NCBI GenBank assembly: GCA_003427395.1
Contig: BFEA01000004.1
Location: forward strand, 4,994,982 to 5,058,981
Source of the DNA: Chara braunii
Taxonomy: Eukaryota; Plantae; Charophyceae
Direction of reading: 5' to 3'
DNA: 64,000 bases
Below, one piece after another: positions 50,503 to 62,506 of this stretch (positions are counted from its first letter, which is position 1; every line of letters starts with the position of its first letter). The notes beneath the pieces are model-generated. The model ran no database searches, was not told the DNA's origin, and saw only the letters and a program-made list of their open reading frames with translations. The translations under genes and the position numbers were made by a program.

Positions 50503-50844
50503 GTTGCCCCCAATGGGAGGCTGAATGGCGGCGAGACGGACAGAGTTGTGGCAGGAAACAGCTTGGGGATGGATGGAAGGGGGGACGGCTACTCGGCGAG
50601 AACATCTCCCGTAAGTGGAGCGGCTGTTGGGTGTGCCGCCACGGGCAGTGAATGGCAAGACAGGGAGGGCATGATGGTGGCTAGCCGAGAAGCATCAGGA
50701 ATGGCTGTCGCAGATTGGGTAGACCCTCCAGTGAGGCCAAAATTATGGTGGGAAGACCGATACGAGGTAGACTGGGTCCCTAAAGAAATCTTTCTGAAGT
50801 TTCGCCAGCACATAGAGGGGTATCGGATTGGCGCAAACATTGAG
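50503..50844 (+). CDS. Coding exon 3 of the plus-strand gene
   Basis: TTTTGCAG|...GAG|GTAG; WWEDRYEVDWVPKEIFLKFRQHIEGYRIGANIE. Confidence 0.85.
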
Positions 50845-50876
50845 GTAGATTATCCCTCTGATTCCTCTACCTGCTG

Positions 50877-50930
<54 letters not shown>

Positions 50931-51400
50931 GTGTGTCTGTGTGTGTGTGCGTGTGTGTGTCTGTGTGTGTGTGCGTGTGTGTGTCTGTGTGTGTGTGTGC
51001 TTTTGAAAGTGACGGCCTGTATCGCCTGCTCCTTTGAAAGAATGAATGGAAGGGAAAGAAAGACAGAATGCAAGGTTTGTGTGTGTGTGTGCGTGTGTGT
51101 GTGTGTGTGTGTGNNNNNNNNNNNNNNNNNNNNNNNNNNNNNNNNNNNNNNNNNNNNNNNNNNNNNNNNNNNNNNNNNNNNNNNNNNNNNNNNNNNNNNN
51201 NNNNNNNNNNNNNNNNNNNNNNNNNNNNNNNNNNNNNNNNNNNNNNNNNNNNNNNNNNNNNNNNNNNNNNNNNNNNNNNNNNNNNNNNNNNNNNNNNNNN
51301 NNNNNNNNNNNNNNNNNNNNNNNNNNNNNNNNNNNNNNNNNNNNNNNNNNNNNNNNNNNNNNNNNNNNNNNNNNNNNNNNNNNNNNNNNNNNNNNNNNNN

Positions 51401-51875
51401 CGAACGTATTGGTTTTCCCAACCCTGACAGTACTGAACCTAAAAAAACGTTTTGGGCCTTCTGTGTCGCAAAGGTGCGCCCTGCCGCCAGCCCCCCTGCG
51501 GCTGGTAGGCTGCTCTTGCCCACAGCCCGCAAGTATACCACCCGCCACAGGCCTTTGAGAACAATCAGGACGGCGGTGGCGGCTTTTAGCCGATCCTCGT
51601 GAGCTGAGCTGTCGCCCGTGGGCGTAATGTTGTGCTGGTAATCAGAGTTGGACTTTTCTAAACTCTATAAACAACTTGTCAGAAATTGATCTTAGATTTC
51701 TGGCATTATATTATAGTGGACTCCTTCCTGAGCCTTTGAGAACATTTACAGACGGACAAGCTATCGGTACCTTTATTTTATTTTCTTTAATTTATGGTAA
51801 GTCCGCTACACAATTTTATTTATTCACCACATTGTTGCAGTGGTGTGGTTGCAAACATCTAGCACAGCGGCGCAC
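51401..51875 (-). other. 5' part of a mitochondrial group II intron (cox1 position 211) within the NUMT
   Basis: Begins GTGCG exactly after ...TTAATGATAT (70 codons + 1 nt, discounting the insertion); runs into a gap. The extent to the gap is inferred. Confidence 0.8.
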
Positions 51876-52096
51876 ATATCATTAAGAAAGCACGAGCTGT
51901 TATTAACACATTATAAAGTTGATGACTTCCACCAAGGATTTGATTTCCTGGCTGTGCTAATTGAACCTAATTCCATGCGAATTAGTACAGAGAAGCATGT
52001 GCCCATTACTCCAGCAATTGCACCAAAGATTAGATAGAAAGTACCTATATCCTTGTGGTTTGTGGAAAACAGCCATCTCTGTGCAAAGTTTGTCAT
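51876..52096 (-). pseudogene. cox1: NUMT: mitochondrial cox1 exon 1
   Basis: [43 protein letters not shown] / [27 protein letters not shown], with a 10-nt frameshifting insertion. Confidence 0.95.
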
Positions 52097-52820
52097 ATCA
52101 GTTGTTCCCCAATTGACTATGAAAAACTTTTCGGCTTTTTCGAAGACTCTTAGGAAGAAAAGCTGTATGATCTGCAATTGCTACAGCATAGCCTCCATTT
52201 ACTGAATAAATAAATAAAAAAACCTTTTAGTACTTTTACGTGATTATTGTCACTTCGCCATATTTGCGTTAATTCAGTCCAAACTTCCAAAGTTCCAAAC
52301 TAGTTTATTTTTGCATATCCTTTTTATTTGTTTAGGAAAAATCATTTTTGGTTCACCAAACCCCCACTTCTACATTTTCTACTCCAAAATTGAATTCATC
52401 TCCAATTTTCCTTTTTTCTTCCAGTTCATGTTTCAAACAAATGAATCGAGTTTTCAGAGTTGTTTGTTGATGTCTTCCCCTTCCCCCCTTCCCCCCGCCC
52501 CCCCTCTTGCTTGACGAAACTGAATTTGCCCAGAACTGGAATCAGCGTTCTTTCCAATGTGCCCGCTGTTGCCCCCATTGAATGATAGAAGCGTAAAGGA
52601 CTCTGAATTTGGACCTGAAAACCATCCAGATTCTGCTTGTGGATACCATCTGTACATTAGGTTCCGATCTTGACATGGATCAGGGGGGTGCCCCCCCCAA
52701 AAAAAAATGCTTTTATGCTTGTGCCTAAAACGTTTTGCTAGAGTACGAGTTTTCAACTTTGCAATGTTGCTCAGCCAAAGGTTGGTTTCTCTCTCCTTTT
52801 CTACAACCGCGGCTGTGGAG

Positions 52821-52885
<65 letters not shown>

Positions 52886-53023
52886 ACACACAGCTCTTGC
52901 TGGAACTCTTTTCCCAAACTAGAACAAGTTCATGAACCAACGTTTAAAAACAAAACCATCGTCAATAAGATGAAAACTTTGAGTCACGGAAAGAGGTGAT
53001 TTTGATTTTCTACCATTGATAAA

Positions 53024-53212
53024 GGGGTAACTATGCGGCTGTCACAAAAACAGTTTGAAATTGCACTGCAGGCATTCCCCCGAACATAACACCCCCCTTC
53101 TTGACCGGACCGGACCGGGCCGGAAAGCTAGCTTGTATACATTCGACACTTTCAGGCTGAACGCTGGAAGTGCAATTTCGAACTGTTTTTGTGACCGCCG
53201 CGTAGTTTCCCC
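53024..53212. mobile_element. Mutator-type MITE with 9-bp TSD
   Basis: GGGGTAACTATGCGG...GTCACAAAAACAGTTTGAAATTGCACT and its inverted copy; ATTGATAAA at 53015-53023 and 53213-53221. Confidence 0.9.
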
Positions 53213-53505
53213 ATTGATAAATCATTACCCATTTGCCTAATTTAGAAATTTTACCTTATAGAATATCTTTTCTGTACGGAAAGAGTATGGTTTGCTAACG
53301 GTGAAATATATTCTACTTGTCGAATCTTTAGATTCTTTACGGATACTTGGATTACTCATAGACCTCAAAATTTGCGAAATATTATGACTCATACGTAAAA
53401 CGGCGAAAGTATATCTCATTTAACATTTTTTTTTTTTTCTGTGAATTTCATCTTTATAAATTTATAATAACTAGTTGCTTGCGCCGGTGGATGTTCTGTT
53501 TGCAG

Positions 53506-53643
53506 GTAAACAGCTGTCAGATGAAGTTTGTCCTGAAGCCTGGCGGGCCGAAGTGCAGATGGAAATTAGTCTACACACCGACGGACAGTGATATCCATTT
53601 TCTCACCAAGAAAATCCCTCTTGGTTCACTTCTGAATTTCCAG
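53506..53643 (+). CDS. Coding exon 4 of the plus-strand gene
   Basis: TGCAG|...CAG|GTAC; KFVLKP...RWKLVYTP...HFLTKKIPLGSLLNFQ. Confidence 0.85.
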
Positions 53644-53706
53644 GTACAGTGCAGTTTTCCTCTCGTTGTTTGATGTTTGCCATCATTAAATAATAAATAT
53701 ATATAT

Positions 53707-53828
53707 CGGCAGACAGAGCCGCACGGTAAACCGTAGGCAGAGAGGGAGAAAGGGAGAAGAGGACAACAAACGAGGGGGGGCTGTGACAAACTGTTTCGTC
53801 GGAGTTTCACCGACTCGTCAGGAGGCTG
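53707..53828 (-). mobile_element. Hammerhead-core short element (CUGACGA core variant)
   Basis: Reverse complement CAGCCTC CTGACGA GTCGG tgaaact CCGAC GAAACAG; ends at (TA)n. Confidence 0.88.
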
Positions 53829-53850
53829 ATACATGACGATATATGCTTAA

Positions 53851-54005
53851 CCACAGCCGGGGTTAAGGTGGATTATATCACTTACAGTGTACTAATCAGT
53901 TATTAGGGGATTCTGCAGACTGTTGAGGGTTCAGCCTCCTGATGAGTCGGTGCCCCTAACTGATTACGCCGTAACTGATATAATCCACCTTAACCCCGGC
54001 TGTGG
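53851..54005. mobile_element. Palindromic TTAA-flanked MITE with a hammerhead 5' half at its centre
   Basis: 30-bp perfect TIR CCACAGCCGGGGTTAAGGTGGATTATATCA; TTAA at 53847-53850 and 54006-54009; central insert ~53910-53952. Confidence 0.9.
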
Positions 54006-54200
54006 TTAATCATCAACGACTGCCTGACAAGTGATACCCTGAGTTTCGCACCAACCACCGCCCTCAAGGTACCTCTGTGACGAAAATAAAAGCAGACTAT
54101 CACTCACCCAAACCAGATGAAAAACTCTACAGACTGTCGGTTCTCAACCCATCCATCACAAGCCATATAAAGATATATATATATGTTTGTGACGATATAT

Positions 54201-54294
54201 CAGCCTCCTGATGAGTCGGTGAAACTCCGATGAAACAGTTTGTCACAGCCCCTCGTTTGTTGTCCTCTTCTCCCTCTCTGCCTACGGTTTACCG
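54201..54294 (+). mobile_element. Hammerhead-core short element (runs into a gap)
   Basis: ATATAT|CAGCCTC CTGATGA GTCGG tgaaact CCGAT GAAACAG. Confidence 0.88.
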
Positions 54295-54599
54295 NNNNNN
54301 NNNNNNNNNNNNNNNNNNNNNNNNNNNNNNNNNNNNNNNNNNNNNNNNNNNNNNNNNNNNNNNNNNNNNNNNNNNNNNNNNNNNNNNNNNNNNNNNNNNN
54401 NNNNNNNNNNNNNNNNNNNNNNNNNNNNNNNNNNNNNNNNNNNNNNNNNNNNNNNNNNNNNNNNNNNNNNNNNNNNNNNNNNNNNNNNNNNNNNNNNNNN
54501 NNNNNNNNNNNNNNNNNNNNNNNNNNNNNNNNNNNNNNNNNNNNNNNNNNNNNNNNNNNNNNNNNNNNNNNNNNNNNNNNNNNNNNNNNNNNNNNNNNN

Positions 54600-54661
<62 letters not shown>

Positions 54662-54970
54662 CCCCACCAACCCCTCCTCGTGCTTTTTGTCCTGCTGCTG
54701 CTGCTGCTGCTGCATCTCCTCCGCCTCCTCCTCCTCCTCGGTATTACATCATCTTCAGTCACACTTCAAGGTCGCCCCTTCTTCATTGTGTTGCTCACTG
54801 GCGTTATATCTGATTGCAGCGATCTTTGCCACTGCCTTTGTTGTTGCGTCTCTGTATGTGCCATGCTTCCTCTTCACTGATCGTTCTCTCAGGCTATGTG
54901 TGCGTGTGACGGGTCTCTCCTTTCTCTATTTGTTTCAACAACCAGCTCAGGTTGGGCATTCAGTTGGTAG

Positions 54971-54996
54971 CTGTCTCTTATACACATCTAGATGTG
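54971..54996. other. Nextera mate-pair junction adapter (partial) - artefact
   Basis: CTGTCTCTTATACACATCTAGATGTG. Confidence 0.93.
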
Positions 54997-54997
54997 T

Positions 54998-55049
<52 letters not shown>

Positions 55050-55699
55050 GCTTGATGTTCTGTGGAGCTTTGCAGCCAGCGCTTCATTTTTGGAATCAGA
55101 CTCATCCTCATCCGATGAACTACCAGCGTAGTACAAGAGCAGAGGGAGCTGTTGGAAGCGTCTGGCGGCGTCCGGTAGGCCCTGAAGCGGCCAAAAAATA
55201 CCGGGGGCATTTTTGGGGGGCGGTAGGACCCAAAAAACGTCCTAGCCCCCCCCCAAGAAAAATTCGAATTTTCAAAATTGGGCCCAATCCAGACCGACCG
55301 GACCAAACACCGGACCCATACCCAGACAACCGGACCGTCTGGATTCCGGTCCAGACATCCGACCGGTTGCCGTTTTTTTTTTTTTTTTTTTCCCCTGAAC
55401 TTGTTCTCCTATCAGCTGCATCTTCAGTCTTCGCAGGGGGGCACAGGATCTGCACCCTTTTATTTCACAACACAGCTCCCATATTCCATGAAATGCATGC
55501 CATCTTCAGCCGAATACAACGTAGGCTGTACGGTTCCTACGGTCCTTACCACTGTATCTAGACTGAAAGTTGCCCCAAATACATTTATAATTACCATACA
55601 TTGCGTACATTCTGTTTAAGGAAAGCCTGTAGAGGTGAGTTTACTAGTATACTATGCTCTCTTGAACTGTGAAGAAAAGGTAAACTGCCCCCCTCTTAA

Positions 55700-55860
55700 G
55701 CCGCTAGTACATGCCCCCAGCCTTGCTGAAAAGAAAAAGTTAAAAAAACTCATCGCCTACGCAATTTTCGGAGGCCCAGCGCCGTAGATAAATCGAATCA
55801 CCGGCAGGTGGCCTCCGAAAAGGGCCCGCGGCCGATAATAACTGGATATGTACTGGTGGT
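55700..55860. mobile_element. TTAA-flanked MITE (related copies ~34600-34780 and ~59972-60124)
   Basis: TTAA|GCCGCTAGTACAT...ATGTACTGGTGGT|TTAA; shared internal GGCCTCCGAA motif. Confidence 0.7.
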
Positions 55861-56350
55861 TTAAGTCGAGAATCAACCCTCCATCCATTCAGTCACTGCA
55901 AGTCAGGATGGATTGGACTCCAAACTCTAAAAGATGACAGCTGAACTGTCAAAACTGAAAGTTTTTAACCTTCAAAGTGTTGAAAGTTTTTAACCTTCGA
56001 AGTGTTGAAAGTTTAACCTTCAAAGTTGAAAGTTTAACTTTTTTTTTTTTTTTGTGGGNGGGGGGGTGGGTGGGGGGGGAGGGAATCTTTCCCTTGGGTT
56101 GTCGTTTGCGGAACCAACTGGTCGTTTGTAGAACAAAGAGCTGAGTTGGGAAGTTGGAAATATCCCGGGTCTTCGTCTTGCCACCGCATCATGTGGACGG
56201 CAGGCCGCCGGTCGTTGGTGGTAATCGCCGTTCGTGTACAGATCTATCATCTATGTTCTGTTTGTCAAGCTTAGTCAGTGTTTTTTTTTTTTTTTTTTGT
56301 TAAACTGGTTACCTTGTGTGTTCTGACCAAATTTGTCTGTGGTAAATTAG

Positions 56351-56526
56351 GTTGGGGTGGGACATAATGTGAGCTCGGGGACGACAGGCTGGAAATGGAA
56401 ACTGACGTCACCGCTGACGGACTGGACTTCACAGCAGTGGAGGCGTAAAGCAACCATCCCTGTGTGCCCTGGGCTGGACATGCGGATTGGATGGCAGGCA
56501 GAGTATATCATGCCTAATTTGCAAGG
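56351..56526 (+). CDS. Coding exon 5 of the plus-strand gene
   Basis: TAG|VGVGHNVSSGTTGWKWKLTS...CPGLDMRIGWQAEYIMPNLQG|GTAC; terminal exon not located. Confidence 0.85.
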
Positions 56527-56661
56527 GTACGTATGCATAATGAGTGAAGATGCTGCAGCTGCTCCTCCTCCTTTCTCTTCCTTCTGTTCTTTATCTCTCC
56601 TTCTCTTCTGCTCTCGCTTCTTCTGCCTCTTCTTCTGCCTATCTCCTTCTGCCTCTTCTTC

Positions 56662-56755
<94 letters not shown>

Positions 56756-57482
56756 NNNNNNNNNNNNNNNNNNNNNNNNNNNNNNNNNNNNNNNNNNNNN
56801 NNNNNNNNNNNNNNNNNNNNNNNNNNNNNNNNNNNNNNNNNNNNNNNNNNNNNNNNNNNNNNNNNNNNNNNNNNNNNNNNNNNNNNNNNNNNNNNNNNNN
56901 NNNNNNNNNNNNNNNNNNNNNNNNNNNNNNNNNNNNNNNNNNNNNNNNNNNNNNNNNNNNNNNNNNNNNNNNNNNNNNNNNNNNNNNNNNNNNNNNNNNN
57001 NNNNNNNNNNNNNNNNNNNNNNNNNNNNNNNNNNNNNNNNNNNNNNNNNNNNNNNNNNNNNNNNNNNNNNNNNNNNNNNNNNNNNNNNNNNNNNNNNNNN
57101 NNNNNNNNNNNNNNNNNNNNNNNNNNNNNNNNNNNNNNNNNNNNNNNNNNNNNNNNNNNNNNNNNNNNNNNNNNNNNNNNNNNNNNNNNNNNNNNNNNNN
57201 NNNNNNNNNNNNNNNNNNNNNNNNNNNNNNNNNNNNNNNNNNNNNNNNNNNNNNNNNNNNNNNNNTTTTTTTTTTTTTTTTTTTTTTACAATCCCTCTTT
57301 TCGGTATGGTGTGCGCCTCGAGATTGGCCCGTTTCTCTCTGAGCATCGGAAAAAGGCGATCACCAAAGAAACTGCTTGCCATATGGTCGACTGCTTTGCC
57401 CTGGCCATGTCTTCCTGCATGTTTTGCAATTATTATTATTATTATTATTGTTATTAATACATTATTATTATTATTATTATTT

Positions 57483-57573
57483 AATTTGCACCATTTATCG
57501 ATTTATGCGTGTCATCCTTGCGCAGGGTCCATGCTAATCTTCTTTCTCTGTATCGTTCCAGTTTTAACGGATG
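57483..57573 (-). pseudogene. U6: Near-full-length U6 retropseudogene with (TAA)n tail
   Basis: CATCCG...GATACAGAGA(+4 nt)AGATTAGCATGGACCCTGCGCAAGGATGACACGCATAAATCG...; lacks the 5' stem; (TAA)n at ~57429-57482. Confidence 0.92.
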
Positions 57574-58114
57574 CAATTTCTTTATGCATTCAAATTTCAA
57601 AATCTTCATGGCTAAGGTCCTTGGTACTCCTTACTGTCTTCCGCCGAACATAACGTACCCCTTATCATGACTGTATCGGGCTGGAAAGATAGCTTGTATG
57701 CATGTATGTATTCTTCAGGGTACGTTGTATTCGGGCGGGTGAAGACGGTAAGCGCCGCTACTTCCCCTGATAGGCCGCCTTTAGGCCCTGCTGTCAGTGT
57801 GCCTCTCTGCATATATGCACAGACCGTCCCCACTCCTCGTACATAGCCGATAATCTGGAGGACGGCCCTCGCCTCACCACTCGCCAAACGCCAACATTTT
57901 GAATGCATTTGTCCGTTCATCATTCATATACTTGCAAACTGTTGGCCTTTGACGAGTGCTGCTGCGAGCCCCTCCATTATGTGTGGTTTTGAAGGTTTTC
58001 CCCAATTCTGCTATACACCAGTTTGATTAATTTTGGCTATTCATCCCCACACCTGCCGTCTATCCAAGTATAATCACTATATGGCCCAATGATGAAGACA
58101 GACATGTGTGCGGG

Positions 58115-58149
<35 letters not shown>

Positions 58150-58834
58150 AAGAAGAAAAAAAAAGTACCATGACTATATCGGTATATCAGTATATTGGAA
58201 TATCCATAATACTTGCATACACTGCAGCGTATTATGTTGACTATTATATTACTAGTCAACATGTTATATTATTAGTCAATATCGGATTAATAGGCAACAT
58301 AGACATAGACATAGACCTCAGCTGCGGCTATTGGCTATTGGCTATGGGCTATTCATCCCCACAGCTGAGGTCTAGTCTATGGCTATGTTGACTGGCAGGT
58401 CATTTTCAGCCGCTCAATGCGCTCATGGGATTATCCGTTGCGCTGGGACAATGCAACTTGGCAAGCAATCTGTCTTCGACTCTTTTCCCTTTTTTTTCTT
58501 TTTTTTTAATAACTGTACACGTCTGCGGCTGCCCGAGCCACTAAAGGTCCATTCTTTGAAGAGTTTTTGTCATTATTAAAACATGCGAGTTTTGTGGTGC
58601 AGAGGTTCACTGAGGTGCGTACTGTCCCATCCGGGCTGCATTTGGGTCATGTAGTTATGGACTGAAATCGGACATTGAATGTAGTCAGAACAAACTGAAT
58701 CAATTCAAACATAAGGGAAAAAGACTCGGACAAGAGTTTTGAAAAGCACCATCATATTTTTAGGGCATCAGAGACGAGGGAAGCGGCGCATGCTGACCGT
58801 CTTGTTCTTATTTCCCATGCTTGCATCCAATCCA

Positions 58835-58882
<48 letters not shown>

Positions 58883-58887
<5 letters not shown>

Positions 58888-58919
58888 TCTTATACACATC
58901 TAGATGTGTATAAGAGACA
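58883..58919. other. Nextera mate-pair junction adapter - artefact
   Basis: CTGTCTCTTATACACATCTAGATGTGTATAAGAGACA. Confidence 0.96.
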
Positions 58920-58980
58920 TCTTCAGTTCAACTCTCATCAGTTCGATTTGTGCATTTATTCGGACACTCGATATTTACTT

Positions 58981-59014
<34 letters not shown>

Positions 59015-60958
59015 AAGTTCACATATTGCTGGGGTCTTTTCAATTTTAAAGAGGACTCCATATTTACTTCCTTCAACTTCCTTGTATCTTTTTTTTTTTT
59101 TTTTTTTTTTTTTTCATACTACATAGTCATTACGATAATAAGAAAACGATTAATTAATTAATGCGTGCTCGCCGTGCTGATATATCCTGTCCTTCTCTTA
59201 TTGACAGTTTTTTTTTTTTTTTTTTTCCTCTTATTAACAGTTATTATCAATTTACTACTAAGTATGAAGTTACTATGAACTTTCAACTAAGTATTTTAAC
59301 TTTGCATGAACTCTTTAGTTTTTGTATTAACTTTACATTTAAAAAAAAAAAATTATTGTTTTATTTTTAATAAACTAAGTCTTTCAAGTTGTATGCATAG
59401 GGACGCTGGACCGCATTTCCAGCAGGTGACGCTCCCCACCAATAGATTGGAGCAACCAGAAAGGCTGTTAGGTTGGGCTCCTCTCACCCCTCCTAACAGC
59501 CAGACTGTTTTTTTTTTTTCTTATTAAAAAAAAAAAAAAGCAAAGTTGGCGTTAATCTACCGTCTGAGTAGGTTTAGCTGCATTGGTTTGCCAGAGCACA
59601 TGGAGTAGTAGCAATACCAAGCAGCTAAATCAATTGCATGCATGGAATAATTGAAATTACGATTTTTTTTATTTTTATTTTTTTTCTATATCGTATGGTG
59701 GTGGTTGTAAATTTGGTTTAATGATAAAAAATTTAAAAATAAAAAATCGTATTTTTTTTCTTTGTCAGCGTCTTCGGAAACGTCAAGGCCAATCCACCAC
59801 TGCCACCAGGGGCAAGGTCCCGCTTACACGAATTAAGCGATATTGAGATAGCAAAGATCAACGGCCAGAATCTCTTAATCCGTGCAAATGGGACCTTGCC
59901 CCAGGACAATAAGACCCTTCGGCGGACCTCTGAACACATTTGATCATGTTTGGGTTTCACACTGGGCTTAAACCACCAGTACATGGCCCCGGGCAACGGG
60001 AGAACCTGTTTTGAGCCTATTCAAAAATGTAGGAGGAGGCGGAGTGCCGTACATAAAATGAATCGGCGGTGGGCGGCCTCCGAAAAGGGGCCGAGGCCGA
60101 TAGCTGACATGCACTGGTGGTGCTTTTAAGTAGGCCGGTACATCACACTCCAAAGTTGGCGGGTTAACCTGGGTGCAGCACCTTGCTCACTGACCAGTCA
60201 GTGCTTTAAGAGGCATGGGACGCGGGGGCGAGCGCTGGCTGAAATGATACCGCTCTTGTATTTCACACTACTATTGGATGATTATTAGAACGAACACGAA
60301 AAAAGAATTGCGTAGTGTGTACACTGTACACTTACATCCCTTCTTTCCTCCTCTTTTTTTTTGGGTGACCCCTGCCTCCTTATCAAAGGCGTGGCAGGGA
60401 TGATGACCGTAGGGAGAGGCGATTTCAAGATTGCTGCGGCTTTCTTCGTGAGGACGGGTTGAATCGTGTGTGAGCGATAGTAATAACACGATGTAATGTA
60501 ATTCGGAGATCTATTATCGCGAAACAAATTGCATTGTTAGCGAAAGTGTGACCGAACTGCGCTTCATTAGTCCTCCCACTCCGTTCTGCGCCGCTCAGAC
60601 TGAGTGATTCTTGGCACCGGCAAATGGTCCGGGGGGGGGGGNGGGTTCTGTGTTATTGGGGTGGCCTATGACCTGGACTTTTGAGTTATTGGGGTGACCT
60701 CTGTTTGCGCAAACCACCTCTCGAGGAGAGGGGCTCTACCTGAAAGCCCGCAAAGCGTTCTCTTCTCGGAGACTTCGAGCTAATCTGCCATGCCTATTCA
60801 TTCTGAGAGAAGTGAAATGTTCTCAGATCTGAGAACATTTCTAATTCTGTTCTCCATTCTCTGTTTTTTTTTTTTTTAATGTTATTTTAATTAAAAACTA
60901 AACTATATTCTTCACTACGACACCTCACACTACCTACCCTCTTTATCTAGGTCCAGTT

Positions 60959-61024
60959 CCCCCTCGTTTGTTGTCCTCTTCTCTCTCTTTGCCTACGGTT
61001 TACCGGGCAGTTCTGTTTGTGACG
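60959..61024 (+). mobile_element. 5'-truncated copy of the hammerhead short element (3' part only)
   Basis: CCCCTCGTTTGTTGTCCTC...GCCTACGGTTTACCGGGCAG...TGACG|ATA. Confidence 0.8.
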
Positions 61025-61178
61025 ATAATATTTTATTTTTTTCGCTGCAACATATCTATGCACACTAGCTGCAGCGCCCTAAGAGTTATGGTTTGGCGGT
61101 GACCTCGTCCCAGGCCGAAGCACCTCAGCTTCTTCCTAACCCCGGGTGCACGGATTCTCAGGTCTGTTCTGTTCTGTT

Positions 61179-61214
<36 letters not shown>

Positions 61215-61793
61215 CTCTGTTTTTTTCTCAGTTCTGTTCTGTTCTGAGAACAGTAACAATATTCAGAACAGATCTGAGAACAAAACAGAACTAAACAGTT
61301 CACTTTCTGTTCTCAGATCTGTTCTCAGATCTGTTCTGAATATTGTTACTGTTCTCAGAACAGATTCAGAACAGATCTGAGAAGATTTCACTTTCTGTTC
61401 TCTGAGAAGATTCTTCGTGAGAAGTGAATACATTGCACGGTTTACAATCCGGACGTCCGGACCGCAGTACAGATGGTCAGGGTCTGGATGTCCGGGTCTG
61501 GTGTCCAGTCCATCGTGTCCGGATCCATCGCCTCCTCCTCCTCCCCCCCCCAACAGAAAAGAAAATCAGACTTAAAAAAAAAAAAAAAAAAAACCTGAAA
61601 AAAAGATATGCTGTGCACATAGCAATACAAAAATCTCTTGGCTGAGGACCATCTCGAAACTCGTAGCCAAATCCATCGGGGAAAATAAAATAAAAGTATT
61701 AAAATAAAAAAACGCTTTAAAAAAAAATTTAACTAAAAAACTTAAAAAAGGGGTTCTTAACCCGTTTTTTCATTCCGTACGGTCTGGAGCAGT

Positions 61794-62018
61794 CCAGACA
61801 CAGGTCTGCCGCCCAGACGTCTGCACTGGTCCGGTGTCCGGGGCTGGCGTAACCTGTGCAGACGTCCGGGCGGCAGACCTGTGTCTGGGCTTGCCGTTCG
61901 CATACGCAGGGCACAGACTGGTTCACAGAAGAGAACTGAGCAAACAGTGGCAATATTGTCACTGTTTTCTCAGTTCTCTTCTGCGAACCAGTCTGTGCCC
62001 CTGGGTATGCGAACGGCA
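61794..62018. repeat. Two adjacent long inverted repeats (fold-back MITE-like)
   Basis: 61794-61888 has ~33-bp arms; 61892-62018 has ~63-bp arms centred on CAATATTG. Confidence 0.88.
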
Positions 62019-62423
62019 CGGAGGGCAAACATCGAGGAGTCGAGCCACCTCGCCCGTCAGAATGTGAGCTAATATACGACACGGTCGACGCCCACTATGC
62101 GGTTGTGTTTCTGGACTGCACATGTATGGCATACACTTTGGAGAGATGGCTTTCAAGTTTGGGACATTCGTCTAGTCCCTAGGCTGCCCTATTATGAATC
62201 TGACTCCATTCTGGTAGGCAGGGGGGGGGCATGTCGCACGAGTAGCCAAGTACCTGGAGTGCACATGTATGATAGGCACGCTGCTTTTCTAGTAGAATAG
62301 TAGAATACGCTCGATTCAACTCAATTGTCCATTGCATCGCTGTGCTACCGTCTTCCGGACTTTACCACTTTTCTTCCTTCTGGCATATATATATGACGAT
62401 ATATATATATATATATATATATA

Positions 62424-62506
62424 GACGAAACAGTTTGTCACAGCCCCTCGTTTGTTGTCCTCTTCTCCCTCTCTGCCTACGGTTTACCGGGCAGTTCTAT
62501 TTGACG
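62424..62506 (+). mobile_element. 5'-truncated hammerhead short element within (TA)n
   Basis: (TA)n-GACGAAACAGTTTGTCACAGCCCC...TTTGACG-(AT)n. Confidence 0.85.

Noticed and set aside
54950-54966. Candidate micro-exon VGHSV
   Set aside because: Adjacent to an adapter artefact; exon 4 splices in frame directly to 56351.
58399-58465. Candidate terminal exon of the plus-strand gene
   Set aside because: Phase-compatible acceptor, but no recognisable conserved sequence or convincing end.
58883-58919. Tn5/IS50 transposon ends suggesting horizontal transfer
   Set aside because: Matches the engineered mosaic-end mate-pair junction adapter; no transposase present.
61638-61672. Minimal type I hammerhead (CTGAGGA...GAAAC..GTA)
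   Set aside because: No stem II pairing and stem I is out of register; likely chance.
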